From: an uncultured Acidobacteriota bacterium
GTDB lineage: Bacteria; Acidobacteriota; JAQAZP01
Assembly: GCA_963836075.1 (NCBI GenBank)
Contig: CAWIIB010000009.1
Location: 3,392,001 to 3,456,000 of the forward strand
Direction: 5' to 3'
DNA length: 64,000 nt
Part shown: positions 48,119 to 56,853 of the stretch, one piece after another
Layout of the letters: every line of letters begins with the position of its first letter
Position numbering within the stretch: position 1 is the stretch's first letter
The notes under the pieces: model-generated
Seen by the model: the letters and a program-made list of their open reading frames with translations, nothing else
What the model was told of the DNA's origin: nothing
The model's database searches: none
Program-made: the position numbers and the translations under genes

Positions 48119-49505
48119 CCTGATCATAGTGGGCGGCGGCATGGCCGGGCTCTCCTGTGCCTGGCGTCTGGCTGCGGCCGGAATGCGGCCGCTGCTGCTG
48201 GAGGCGGCGCCCGAGGCCGGCGGAAACGTGCGCAGCGAGACGGTGGACGGGTTTCTGCTGGAGCGCGGGCCGCACACCTTCCTCTCCTCGGCGGAGCAGA
48301 TTTTCGACCTGGCGGTGCAGGCCGGCCTGGAGGACCAGCTGGTCCAGTCACGCCCCAGCGCATCGGCCCGGTTCATCGTTCGTGGCGGCCGGTTGCACCG
48401 GGCGCCGGACGGCCCGGGCAGCTTTTTCTCCACCCGGCTGCTCAGCTGGCGCTCCAAACTTCGTCTGGCCGCCGAACCGCTGTGTACCGGACGGGGGCAT
48501 CCTGACGATTCGGCACTGAATTTCTTTGAACGCCGTTTCGGGGCCGAGGCGGCACGGGTGATCGCCGGGGCCTTTGTCTCGGGCGTCTATGCCGGCGACC
48601 CGGCGACGCTTTCCGCACCGGCGGCGTTCCCGCTGTTCTGGGGCTTTGAGCAGGAGACGGGGAGCATGATCCGTGGCGCCTTCAGACTTCAACGGCAGAG
48701 AAAAGCAGCCCGGGAAGCCCTGGGCGAGGCAGCCCCCCCGCGCCGCAACGGCCTGTGGTCCTTCCGTAACGGCCTGGGGCAGTTCAGCGGATCGCTGGCG
48801 GCAAAATTTGGTACGCAGTTTCGGGCCGGCAGCCCGGTGCTGCAGCTGGGTGAGGATGCCGGGGGATTTCGTGTTGCCGGAGACTGGGGCACACATCACG
48901 CGCCGCAGCTGGTGCTGGCCGTGCCGCCCCACGAGGCGGCGAAGCTGCTGGCCGGACTGGATCACGAACTGGCGGCCCTGCTTCAGGGAATCCCCATGTC
49001 GCCGGTGGCGGTGGTCTCTCTCGGTTTTCGGGAACGGCTGACCTCCCTGCCCGACGGGTTCGGCTTTCTCGCCCCGCGGGGCGAGGGGGTTCGTTCGCTG
49101 GGGGTCCTCTTCCCCTCCCGGGTTTTCGAGGGCCGCGCTCCCCAAGGCGGGGACCTGCTCACCGGCTACCTCGGTGGAATGCTCGATTCCGGGACGCTGG
49201 AACTGGACGACGAGGCGCTCAGCGAACTGATGCGTAGCGACCTGGCCCGGCTCACCGGATCCCGGCCCGAACCGTGCATGGTCCGCGTGGCCCGGCACCG
49301 GTCGGCCATTCCCCAGCTGGTGATCGGGCACCTGGAGCGGATGGCTGATGTCAGGCGTCGCCTGGAGCGTCTGCCCGGCCTGCACCTGGCCGGCAACTAC
49401 CTGCGGGGGGTGGGGATAAAGGACGCGGTGGCCTCAGGGCTGGACGCGGCGGAAACCATACTCCGCCGGAACCGGACCGGCCGCCGGGTGGAGGCCGTGG
49501 CATGA
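48108..49505 (+). CDS. hemG: FAD-dependent protoporphyrinogen/coproporphyrinogen oxidase (HemY type)
   Basis: Motifs IVGGGMAGL, ERGPHTF, SGVYAGDP, GFGFLAP, AIPQ and LAGNYL.GVG. Confidence 0.9.
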   Translation: MKHDLIIVGGGMAGLSCAWRLAAAGMRPLLLEAAPEAGGNVRSETVDGFLLERGPHTFLSSAEQIFDLAVQAGLEDQLVQSRPSASARFIVRGGRLHRAPDGPGSFFSTRLLSWRSKLRLAAEPLCTGRGHPDDSALNFFERRFGAEAARVIAGAFVSGVYAGDPATLSAPAAFPLFWGFEQETGSMIRGAFRLQRQRKAAREALGEAAPPRRNGLWSFRNGLGQFSGSLAAKFGTQFRAGSPVLQLGEDAGGFRVAGDWGTHHAPQLVLAVPPHEAAKLLAGLDHELAALLQGIPMSPVAVVSLGFRERLTSLPDGFGFLAPRGEGVRSLGVLFPSRVFEGRAPQGGDLLTGYLGGMLDSGTLELDDEALSELMRSDLARLTGSRPEPCMVRVARHRSAIPQLVIGHLERMADVRRRLERLPGLHLAGNYLRGVGIKDAVASGLDAAETILRRNRTGRRVEAVA

Positions 49506-50719
49506 ACGAACCTGCGACCCGGGCAGCGATACCCCTGGCCGTTGTGGGCTGCGACTTCCGCGTCGCCTCGTCCCGCTACCGCTCCCGGCTGGTGCTCACC
49601 GAGGAGGAGGCGCTGGGAATGGCGCTGGACCTGTCTCGCACCGCCGCCGCCGACGGCTTTGCCGACCTGGCCACCTGCAACCGCAACGAGTGGATCGTCA
49701 CCGGTCCGGACCCGGCCTGGGCGGTTCAGCTGCTCCGGGGCCGGATGGTGAAGCGGCTGCCCCGCGGAGTGGTCCGCCGGGTGGAGCCCTATCTCTACCA
49801 GGGCCGGGAAGCGGCACTGCACCTCTTCCGGGTGGCGGTGGGCCGCGAGTCGCTGGTGGTGGGGGAGAGGCAGATCGCCGGTCAGTTTTTCGGCGCCCTG
49901 GAGTCGGCCCGGGAGCGCGGCACATCTTCCCGCACGCTCAACGGCCTGGGCTCCATCGCCGGCCGCCTGGTGCACATCGCCGACCGGCGCTGCTGCCTGG
50001 GGGACCGGGCCCGGGGAATCCACGGCCTGGCCCTGAGCTACCTCCGGCAGCGCTTTGACGAGGATCAGCGGTGCCGGGTGGTGGTGGCCGGGCTGGGCGC
50101 CATCGGCAAACTGGTCCGGGGCCTGCTGGAGCAGGACCCGCGGTTTGAAGTCCTGACCTGCAACCGCACCGTCCCCCAGCCGAACAACGGCAATGTGCTG
50201 CCGCTGGACCAGCTGCCCCGGTTGCTGGACGACGCGGATGCAATGGTGGTCTGCACCGGTGCTCCCGGCCCGGTGGTGCGCGAAGATATGCTGGCTCCGC
50301 GGCCGCCCGAGCGACCGCTGCAGCTGCTCGACCTTGGTGTTCCCGAGCAGGTGGAGCGCAGCCTGCCGGAAGGGGTGACCCGGGCCGGTCTGGACGAACT
50401 GACCGCCGAAGCAGGCGCCGGAGTCAACTGTGCCGTGGAATCGGAAGCCGACCAGCTGGTGCTGCGCGCGGCCAGCGAGTTCGCCCGGTTTTGCGGCGAG
50501 CCGGAATATGCCGAGATCCTCTCCGTCGTGCAGGAACACCACGAGCAGGTGCTGCACGAGGAGATCCCCCACCTGGTGGCCGGCCGTCTGGGCTACCTCA
50601 GCGATGACGACCGGGCACGGGTCGAGGCCGACCTGGACGGCATCCTGCACCACCACACCAGCACGCTGTTCAAGCAGATCCGCACGCGGTGCGGCAGACG
50701 GACAGATGAAGAGCAGTAA
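49502..50719 (+). CDS. hemA: Glutamyl-tRNA reductase (divergent)
   Basis: Catalytic TCNR.E motif, HLFRVA.G.ES.VVGE.QI.GQ, Rossmann AGLGAIG, NRT and LLDLGVP. Confidence 0.85.
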   Translation: MNEPATRAAIPLAVVGCDFRVASSRYRSRLVLTEEEALGMALDLSRTAAADGFADLATCNRNEWIVTGPDPAWAVQLLRGRMVKRLPRGVVRRVEPYLYQGREAALHLFRVAVGRESLVVGERQIAGQFFGALESARERGTSSRTLNGLGSIAGRLVHIADRRCCLGDRARGIHGLALSYLRQRFDEDQRCRVVVAGLGAIGKLVRGLLEQDPRFEVLTCNRTVPQPNNGNVLPLDQLPRLLDDADAMVVCTGAPGPVVREDMLAPRPPERPLQLLDLGVPEQVERSLPEGVTRAGLDELTAEAGAGVNCAVESEADQLVLRAASEFARFCGEPEYAEILSVVQEHHEQVLHEEIPHLVAGRLGYLSDDDRARVEADLDGILHHHTSTLFKQIRTRCGRRTDEEQ

Positions 50720-50721
50720 AA

Positions 50722-50816
50722 CGGTGACTGTCACCGGGTGATTTCCGCTCTCGCGGTCAGCGGCTATTTGTGAAAAAATAGGTGACTGTCACCGCTTTCA
50801 AACAGTGCCAGGCACC
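50722..50816. repeat. Cluster of short palindromes (REP-like)
   Basis: CGGTGACTGTCACCG (50722-50736), GGTGACTGTCACCG (50781-50794) and GTGCCAGGCAC (50805-50815). Confidence 0.7.
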
Positions 50817-50833
50817 TGTATCGAGGCGCATCC

Positions 50834-51972
50834 ATGGAACACGGGCGCGGGTATCACATTCTGTTCGGGGTCACGCTCCTCGCCCTGCTGGCCCTCGGCA
50901 GCTGGTGGACGGTTTTTTTCATGCGGTCGGTGGAGATGGAGACGATGTCCGCCATGGAAAAGCTGCGCCACCGTGCCGAACTGACGGCTGTGCACCTGGG
51001 TGCTGCCGGCGCCCAACCGAAAACCGGGCCGGTGAGTGGCGAAGTGGAGCTGGAGGTGATCCGGCTGCCGAACCGGGACGAGGGCGACATGTCCGTCACC
51101 ACCCTTCCCGGTCACCCCGGGTATGCCGTGCGCCCATCCCGGATGGCGGTGAGCCGGATCGAGGAACGGAATCGACGGCGTCGCAAAATGGTCACCGGCG
51201 AGGGCGTCCTGCTCTTCTCGCTGCTGGCCATCTGCACCGTGATGCTCTACCGCCAGGTGCGGCAGCAGCGGCTGCAGATGAACCGCATGGAAAACTTTAT
51301 CGCCGCGGTGAGCCACGAGATGAAGACGCCGCTCACCGGGATCAAGTCGATGCTCCAGACCTTTGTCGAGGGGCGGGTTCCGGATGACCAGCGGAACAGG
51401 CTCTTTGCCATGGGCCTCAAGGAGGCCGAACGCCTGGAGCACACCATCGAGAATGTCCTGCTCACCGGCCGGCTGCGGGCGGCGCAGCTGGAGACCCAGG
51501 TGGAGCTTGTTTCGCTGCGCACGGTGCTGGATCGTTTCGTGGTCCACCGGAGGAGGACGCTGGCCGACCGGCCCGAATCGCTGGGCCTGGACTGGGACGC
51601 GGAAGGGGAGCTGCACGTGGAGGCCGACAGCTCCGCCCTGCGGCTGATCCTGGACAACCTCACCGACAACGCCTATAAGTATGGCGGCCCCCAGCCGGTG
51701 GTGACCATCCGTGTCCGCCGGGAGGCGGGACAGGCTCTGGTGGCGGTGGAAGACCGGGGGATCGGTTTCCCCCCGAGAAGGCGGAGCAGTTGTTCACCCC
51801 GTTCCAGCGCACGTCCGAGGCGGTGGATGCGGTGCAGCACGGAACGGGCCTCGGGTTGTCCATCGCCCGCACACTGGCCCGCCGGATGGGCGGGCAACTG
51901 ACCGCGGAAAGCGACGGGCCGGGTACAGGCAGCCGTTTCACACTGCGGTTGAAGGAGGCACAGGTATCGTGA
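50834..51972 (+). CDS. Sensor histidine kinase (frameshift in C6 run at 51769-51774)
   Basis: Two TM segments, H-box VSHEMKTPL, N-box DNLTDNAYKY and G1 VEDRGIG. F and G2 boxes (LFTPFQR...GTGLGLSI) are in the next frame and are restored by one extra C. Confidence 0.88.
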
Positions 51973-52661
51973 GCGTCAAGGTTCTGCTGGTGGAAGACGA
52001 GGAACTGGTGGGCACCATGGTGCGGATGAACCTGGAGGGCGAGGGCTTCCAGGTCTCCTGGGTCCGTGACGGGGAGGATGGCCTGGCTGCCGGAATGCGC
52101 GAGCAGTTCGACCTGATCCTGCTGGACATCGCCCTGCCCGGGAGAAATGGTCTGGAGCTGCTGGCCGACCTGCGGGGCGCCGGGGTTTCCACACCGGTGC
52201 TGATGCTCACCGCCCGCACCGAGGTCAAGGTCAAGGTGGAGGCGCTGGACCGCGGTGCCGACGACTACCTGGCCAAGCCGTTCGACGTCTCCGAACTCCT
52301 GGCCCGGGTCCGCGCCCTGGTGCGGCGCTCCCAGTCCGAGCGGGAACTGCCCTCGGATCGCATCATCCGTTTCGGCGAACAGTACGAGATCAACCTCGAC
52401 ACCCGCGAAGCCCGGACCAACGAGGGGCTGGTGACCCTCTCCGAAAAGGAAGCGGCGCTGATGCGGATGCTGGTCAGTTTCCAGGGCCAGCCTCTCCCGC
52501 GGGCCGACATGATCGAAGAGGTCTGGGGGATGGACAAGTTTCCCACCGGCCGCACCGTGGACAACTTCATCCTCCGCCTGCGCCGCTGGTTCGAGGTGGA
52601 GCCGGAACGGCCGCGCCACATCCTCACCGTCCGCGGTGTGGGCTACCGTTTTGTCCCCTGA
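51969..52661 (+). CDS. OmpR/PhoB-family response regulator
   Basis: GTG start, VLLVEDE, LILLDIALPG, GADDYLAKPF and winged helix RTVDNFI.RLR...TVRGVGYRF. Confidence 0.93.
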   Translation: MSVKVLLVEDEELVGTMVRMNLEGEGFQVSWVRDGEDGLAAGMREQFDLILLDIALPGRNGLELLADLRGAGVSTPVLMLTARTEVKVKVEALDRGADDYLAKPFDVSELLARVRALVRRSQSERELPSDRIIRFGEQYEINLDTREARTNEGLVTLSEKEAALMRMLVSFQGQPLPRADMIEEVWGMDKFPTGRTVDNFILRLRRWFEVEPERPRHILTVRGVGYRFVP

Positions 52662-54259
52662 GCTGCGGTTTTCGCCCTGCCACGGCCCTGCGGCAGCACC
52701 TTCAGCAACTGGACGGTCTTCGGCGACTTCCCCCCTGGCCGTTCGCGGTGCACCAGCTTCAGCTGGTCCCGCGGCAGTTCGCCCCGGAACTGCAGCCGCG
52801 AATCCCAGCGCTTCTGCGGCGGCATACTCAGGTCGGGCCCGTCGTAGTCGGCGATGTATCCGATCCCCTGGCTTCTGATGTAGTCGATCACCGGCAACTG
52901 CTCCTTGAGCCGCAGGGCATAGGCCTGGTCATTGACCAGGCCGTCGAGGTTCACCACGGAGAGGCCGGAGAAAAAGGCGAGCTGGCCGGCGTTCCACGAC
53001 CCCACCACCGCGTCCGGCGGCAGTTCCGCTGCCATCCAGCGGGCCATGCGGAATCGGCGCTGGTAGAGGTTGTTCGGGTCGGGCAGTTCGGTCATCCGGT
53101 CCACCGCGGTCCAGACGGCCAGGCCGCAGACTGCGGCCAGCAGCAGTATCCCCAGCGGGGCCAGTTTCTCCGGCAACAGGGCCGCCAACCGGCCCAGGGC
53201 CACCGAGGCGCCGATGAGCACCATCACCATCAGCGGGGCGTAGTACCAGCCGAGGCCCGCGAAACGGCCGATGGAAGCGGCCATGATCACCATGTGCAGC
53301 AAACCGGCCAGGGCCACCAGCCCCAGCCGCCAGCGCCAGCGGGCGGCCAGCAGACAGCAGCAGAGGGCGGCGAGGCAGGCCCAGCGCTGCTTGAAGGCTT
53401 TCTGCCGGGGAAACAGCGTCTCCAGAGGGGCCGAGACCATCCGCGAGGCGCTGTTGGCCGCCTTGCGGAACCAGGTGGTGAACGTCTTTTCCGCGTGCAC
53501 CGGGCCGAGGTAGTCCGGGCCCAGTTCCTGCTGCTGATAGATGGTCTTCACCCGGCCCGACACCGGCAGGTGGTGGTCGAAGCTCACCAGGTTCCAGCCG
53601 AGGTAGGCGGCGAGGATCAGCAGCAGCGGCAGGCCCAGTCGAAGCAGATCCTTCCCGCGGCGGGGCCGGGCGGCCAGCAGGCCGGCCCCGGCAAAGACGA
53701 TGGCGTCCAGGCGGCAGAGCACCAGCAGGCCGCCCAGCAGCGACAGACGCAGCGGTGGCACCTTGTCACGGAGCAGCTGGTCCAGAAAGACGGTGAAGAC
53801 CAGCAGGTAGAGGCTGGTCTCCATGGCCGAGAGGAACGGTTTCCAGGTGGAGAGCATCCAGATCCAGCCCACCAGCAGGGGCAGGGCCACCCGGCGGCCG
53901 CCCAACCGTGAACCGATGCGGTAGAGCATGACGGTGCTCCCCAGGTTGAGCAGGGCACAGAGGCCCAGCGAGGCACGGAGAAAGAGCACCGGTTCGCGCA
54001 CCAGCGCGGCCAGGGGGACCATGCAGAAGAGCCACAGCGGCTGGAACCCGTTGGTGCGGTGGATGCCGTCAAAAGTGAAGCCCTCACCCATCCCCACGTT
54101 CCAGGCCACCTGCAGGTAGAGGTAGGTGTCATCGATGGTGAAGTTGTCGATCAGGCGCGGCAGGTCGATGACGCAGGCTCCGAACTGCAAAACGGCCAGG
54201 ATGACCAGAGCCGCGGCCAGCGGCCAGTGGGCTCGGAGTTGGGTGGCCGGCGACGACAT
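52643..54259 (-). CDS. Polytopic membrane protein, GT-C-like putative glycosyltransferase
   Basis: IDDTYLYLQVAWN...FTFDG..RTNGFQPLW first-loop acidic motif, AMET, LCRLD and AGQLAFFS...NLDGLVN, with about 11 TM segments. Confidence 0.6.
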   Translation of the reverse strand: MSSPATQLRAHWPLAAALVILAVLQFGACVIDLPRLIDNFTIDDTYLYLQVAWNVGMGEGFTFDGIHRTNGFQPLWLFCMVPLAALVREPVLFLRASLGLCALLNLGSTVMLYRIGSRLGGRRVALPLLVGWIWMLSTWKPFLSAMETSLYLLVFTVFLDQLLRDKVPPLRLSLLGGLLVLCRLDAIVFAGAGLLAARPRRGKDLLRLGLPLLLILAAYLGWNLVSFDHHLPVSGRVKTIYQQQELGPDYLGPVHAEKTFTTWFRKAANSASRMVSAPLETLFPRQKAFKQRWACLAALCCCLLAARWRWRLGLVALAGLLHMVIMAASIGRFAGLGWYYAPLMVMVLIGASVALGRLAALLPEKLAPLGILLLAAVCGLAVWTAVDRMTELPDPNNLYQRRFRMARWMAAELPPDAVVGSWNAGQLAFFSGLSVVNLDGLVNDQAYALRLKEQLPVIDYIRSQGIGYIADYDGPDLSMPPQKRWDSRLQFRGELPRDQLKLVHRERPGGKSPKTVQLLKVLPQGRGRAKTAAQGTKR

Positions 54260-54373
54260 GGTGACCGTAAAGATAAGAAGTGTCGGGAATTCAGGGTGAA
54301 GCGTCATCGTAAGCGCCGCCCCGTGCCTTGTCAACAAACAGCAGGTGATCTACCCTTGCTGAGAGGAACAGGC

Positions 54374-55714
54374 ATGCGCACTCATCCACTATTCATTGCC
54401 GCCGCTCTGCTGGTGCTGCTTTCCCTGTCCGGCTGCGCCGAAACGGAAACCTATGGGCCGGCGCCACAGGAGCCGCCTGACCAGAGCGCTCAGGTGCCGC
54501 CGGCAGAGGGGCGCTGGCACCGGGTCTCCGGCTTTCAGGATACGCCGCCCGACCAGGCGCAGGAGGAGGAGTTGGCCCGTCTGGAGGCCATCGGCTATGT
54601 CACCGGGTCTCGTGCAGCAGGCGGGACCGGCGTCACCATCCACGATCCGGGCCTGGCCGGCCGGGGATACAACCTCTACACCTCGGGTCACGGTCCCGAG
54701 GCGCTGCTCATCGACATGAACGGCCGGGAACTGCACCGCTGGCGATATCCGTATCACAAGATCTGGGGAGCGGACCAGGAGTCGGCTTCGGCAAAGAAAA
54801 AGGGTCGAGGGCCCGGACCAGGACCCGACGTGGCGTACTGGCGCAATGCCCGTCTTCTCCCCAACGGTGATCTGCTGGCCATCTTCGAGGGGCGGGGCCT
54901 GATCAAGCTGGACAAGGATTCCAACCTGCTCTGGGCCAGCCGCTGTGGCGCCCACCACGACCTGGACCTGCTGGACAATGGCGACATCCTGGTGCTGACC
55001 CGTGAAGCCCGAACCAATCCGCTGGTCAGCGAGGACCAACTGATCCTCGAGGACTTTATCGCCACCATCGGTGCGGGGGGTGAGATGAAGCACCGTATTT
55101 CACTGCTGGAGTGCTTTGCCCGTGCGCCGCGCTATGAAGACATCTGGCGTGCCTCGGAAAACGAGACCGGCGACATCTTCCACACCAATACCCTCTTCCT
55201 GCTGCGCGATCCACCGGCCGGTGCACTGCCCGCCTTTACAGCCGGCCGGGTACTCACGTCGATGAAGTGCCTCAACGCACTGGCCGTGGTGGACCTCGAA
55301 CAGGAAAAGGTGGTCTGGGCCAGAACCGGCCGCTTCAAGGCCCAGCACGACCCCCGGCTGCTGGCCAACGGCAACCTGTTGCTCTTCGACAACCTGGGCG
55401 TTCCCGGCCGCTCACGGGTCCTGGAATTCGACCTGGAGACCTGGAGGCCTGTCTGGTCTTACCGCGGCACCGCCGAGCACCCGTTCTTCAGTGAAACCTG
55501 CGGCACCTGCCAGCGGCTGGACAACGGCAACACCCTGGTCACCGAATCGGACGGCGGCCGGGCCTTCGAGGTAACCCCCGGCGGCGAGATCGTTTGGCAG
55601 TTCTGGAATCCCCACCGTGCCGGCGACAGGGGCCAGTTCATCGCCAGCCTCTTCACCGTCAGGCGGCTCGATTCCGACTTTCCCGTCCACTGGGCATCCG
55701 GCGGCCCTCCTTGA
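54374..55714 (+). CDS. Arylsulfotransferase (ASST)-family lipoprotein
   Basis: Lipobox LSGC and motifs AHHD, IFHTN, QHDP, LLFDN, SRVLE and QRLDNGNTLVTE. Confidence 0.8.
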   Translation: MRTHPLFIAAALLVLLSLSGCAETETYGPAPQEPPDQSAQVPPAEGRWHRVSGFQDTPPDQAQEEELARLEAIGYVTGSRAAGGTGVTIHDPGLAGRGYNLYTSGHGPEALLIDMNGRELHRWRYPYHKIWGADQESASAKKKGRGPGPGPDVAYWRNARLLPNGDLLAIFEGRGLIKLDKDSNLLWASRCGAHHDLDLLDNGDILVLTREARTNPLVSEDQLILEDFIATIGAGGEMKHRISLLECFARAPRYEDIWRASENETGDIFHTNTLFLLRDPPAGALPAFTAGRVLTSMKCLNALAVVDLEQEKVVWARTGRFKAQHDPRLLANGNLLLFDNLGVPGRSRVLEFDLETWRPVWSYRGTAEHPFFSETCGTCQRLDNGNTLVTESDGGRAFEVTPGGEIVWQFWNPHRAGDRGQFIASLFTVRRLDSDFPVHWASGGPP

Positions 55715-55865
55715 CGGCGGAGGGGCCTCATGTTAGAAATCTCTCCTGAGTTGAACGATCATTAATCATTAGCATTTTCTACTGTTTCCGCAGTGAACCC
55801 CCGCGGGCGGTCCGGTGCGGTACCGGCCGGGAATCGGCGGACGATTGACATTGAGGAGGAGGGGC

Positions 55866-56798
55866 ATGTCCAGGAATCAGGTGGCGGGACGGCGTTCGGT
55901 GTTGTCCGGGAGACCTTGGAGAGCCGGTCTGTGGCGGCTGGGTGTGGCACTGGTGGCGGCCGTCATGCTGCTGGCCCCGGCGGCCTGCCGTAAAGCGCGG
56001 AGCAATATGGATGTTCGTCCGGAAGCCCGGCAGCTCCACGGAACCATTCCAGCCAGCGGTCCCCTGGAAGTGACCTACATCTGGAACGTCAGCGAGGACT
56101 TTGTCCCGGTGGACCAGGACTTTGCGGTTTTCGTCCATTTCTGGGGTGAGGATGACGAACTGTACTGGCAGGACGACCACCGTCCCCCGGTGCCCACCAG
56201 CCGCTGGCAACCGGGGCAGACCATCGAATACACCCGGATCCACTTCCTGCCCCGCAATATCCCGCAGGATGAAATGACCCTGACCCTGGGCCTCTACGAC
56301 GTCGACGGGACGGGGGAGAAGGTGCGGCTGGAGGGACGCCAGACCCACAGCCTGGAGTACGAGGTGTGCCGTTTCGAGGTCATCCCCCCGGACCAGCTCC
56401 CCGAGATCGTTTACGAGGACGGGTGGTACAACCGCGAGTTTGTTCCCGGTCAACCAGATGGCGCTGTGTGGCGCTGGAGCCGCCAGGAGGCATTCTGCAA
56501 ACTGGAAAACCCCCGCCGGCCGGCGGCCCTCTACCTCGAGGCGCAGGCCCCCGTGGATCTGCTGGAAACAGCCCAGCTGGTGACCATCGAGATCGCTGGT
56601 GAACAGTTGACCTCGTTCGAGGTCAGCGGTACCGAGCGGTTCCTCAGGAAGTTCCCCATACCGGATCATCTCCTGCGTGACCAGCAGTTTCTGCCGATGA
56701 CCCTCAGGGTGGGGGAATCGGTGGTGCCCAGCGAACTCATCGGCTCCGGTGACGAGCGCGAGCTTGGACTGAAAGTCTACAACCTGTCGCTCTTCTGA
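55866..56798 (+). CDS. Hypothetical lipoprotein
   Basis: RBS GAGGAGG and lipobox-like PAAC. Beta-rich domains VFVHF...DDH.PP.PT..W.PG and GWY..E...WRWS. Confidence 0.65.
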   Translation: MSRNQVAGRRSVLSGRPWRAGLWRLGVALVAAVMLLAPAACRKARSNMDVRPEARQLHGTIPASGPLEVTYIWNVSEDFVPVDQDFAVFVHFWGEDDELYWQDDHRPPVPTSRWQPGQTIEYTRIHFLPRNIPQDEMTLTLGLYDVDGTGEKVRLEGRQTHSLEYEVCRFEVIPPDQLPEIVYEDGWYNREFVPGQPDGAVWRWSRQEAFCKLENPRRPAALYLEAQAPVDLLETAQLVTIEIAGEQLTSFEVSGTERFLRKFPIPDHLLRDQQFLPMTLRVGESVVPSELIGSGDERELGLKVYNLSLF

Positions 56799-56853
56799 CC
56801 GGCACGCCAGCAGAGGCGGCGGCCGGTGTTCCATCTCCAACCGGGGCGGACCG

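Noticed and set aside
7511-51972. Six frameshifted genes (FAH ~8284, phhB ~9888, propeller ~10654, lactamase ~19988, large secreted protein ~31770, histidine kinase ~51772) as pseudogenes or programmed frameshifts
   Set aside because: Each is repaired by a single-base change, mostly in C/G runs. The flanking motifs are intact, with no other decay and no slippery heptamer pattern. Long-read consensus error is the simplest explanation.
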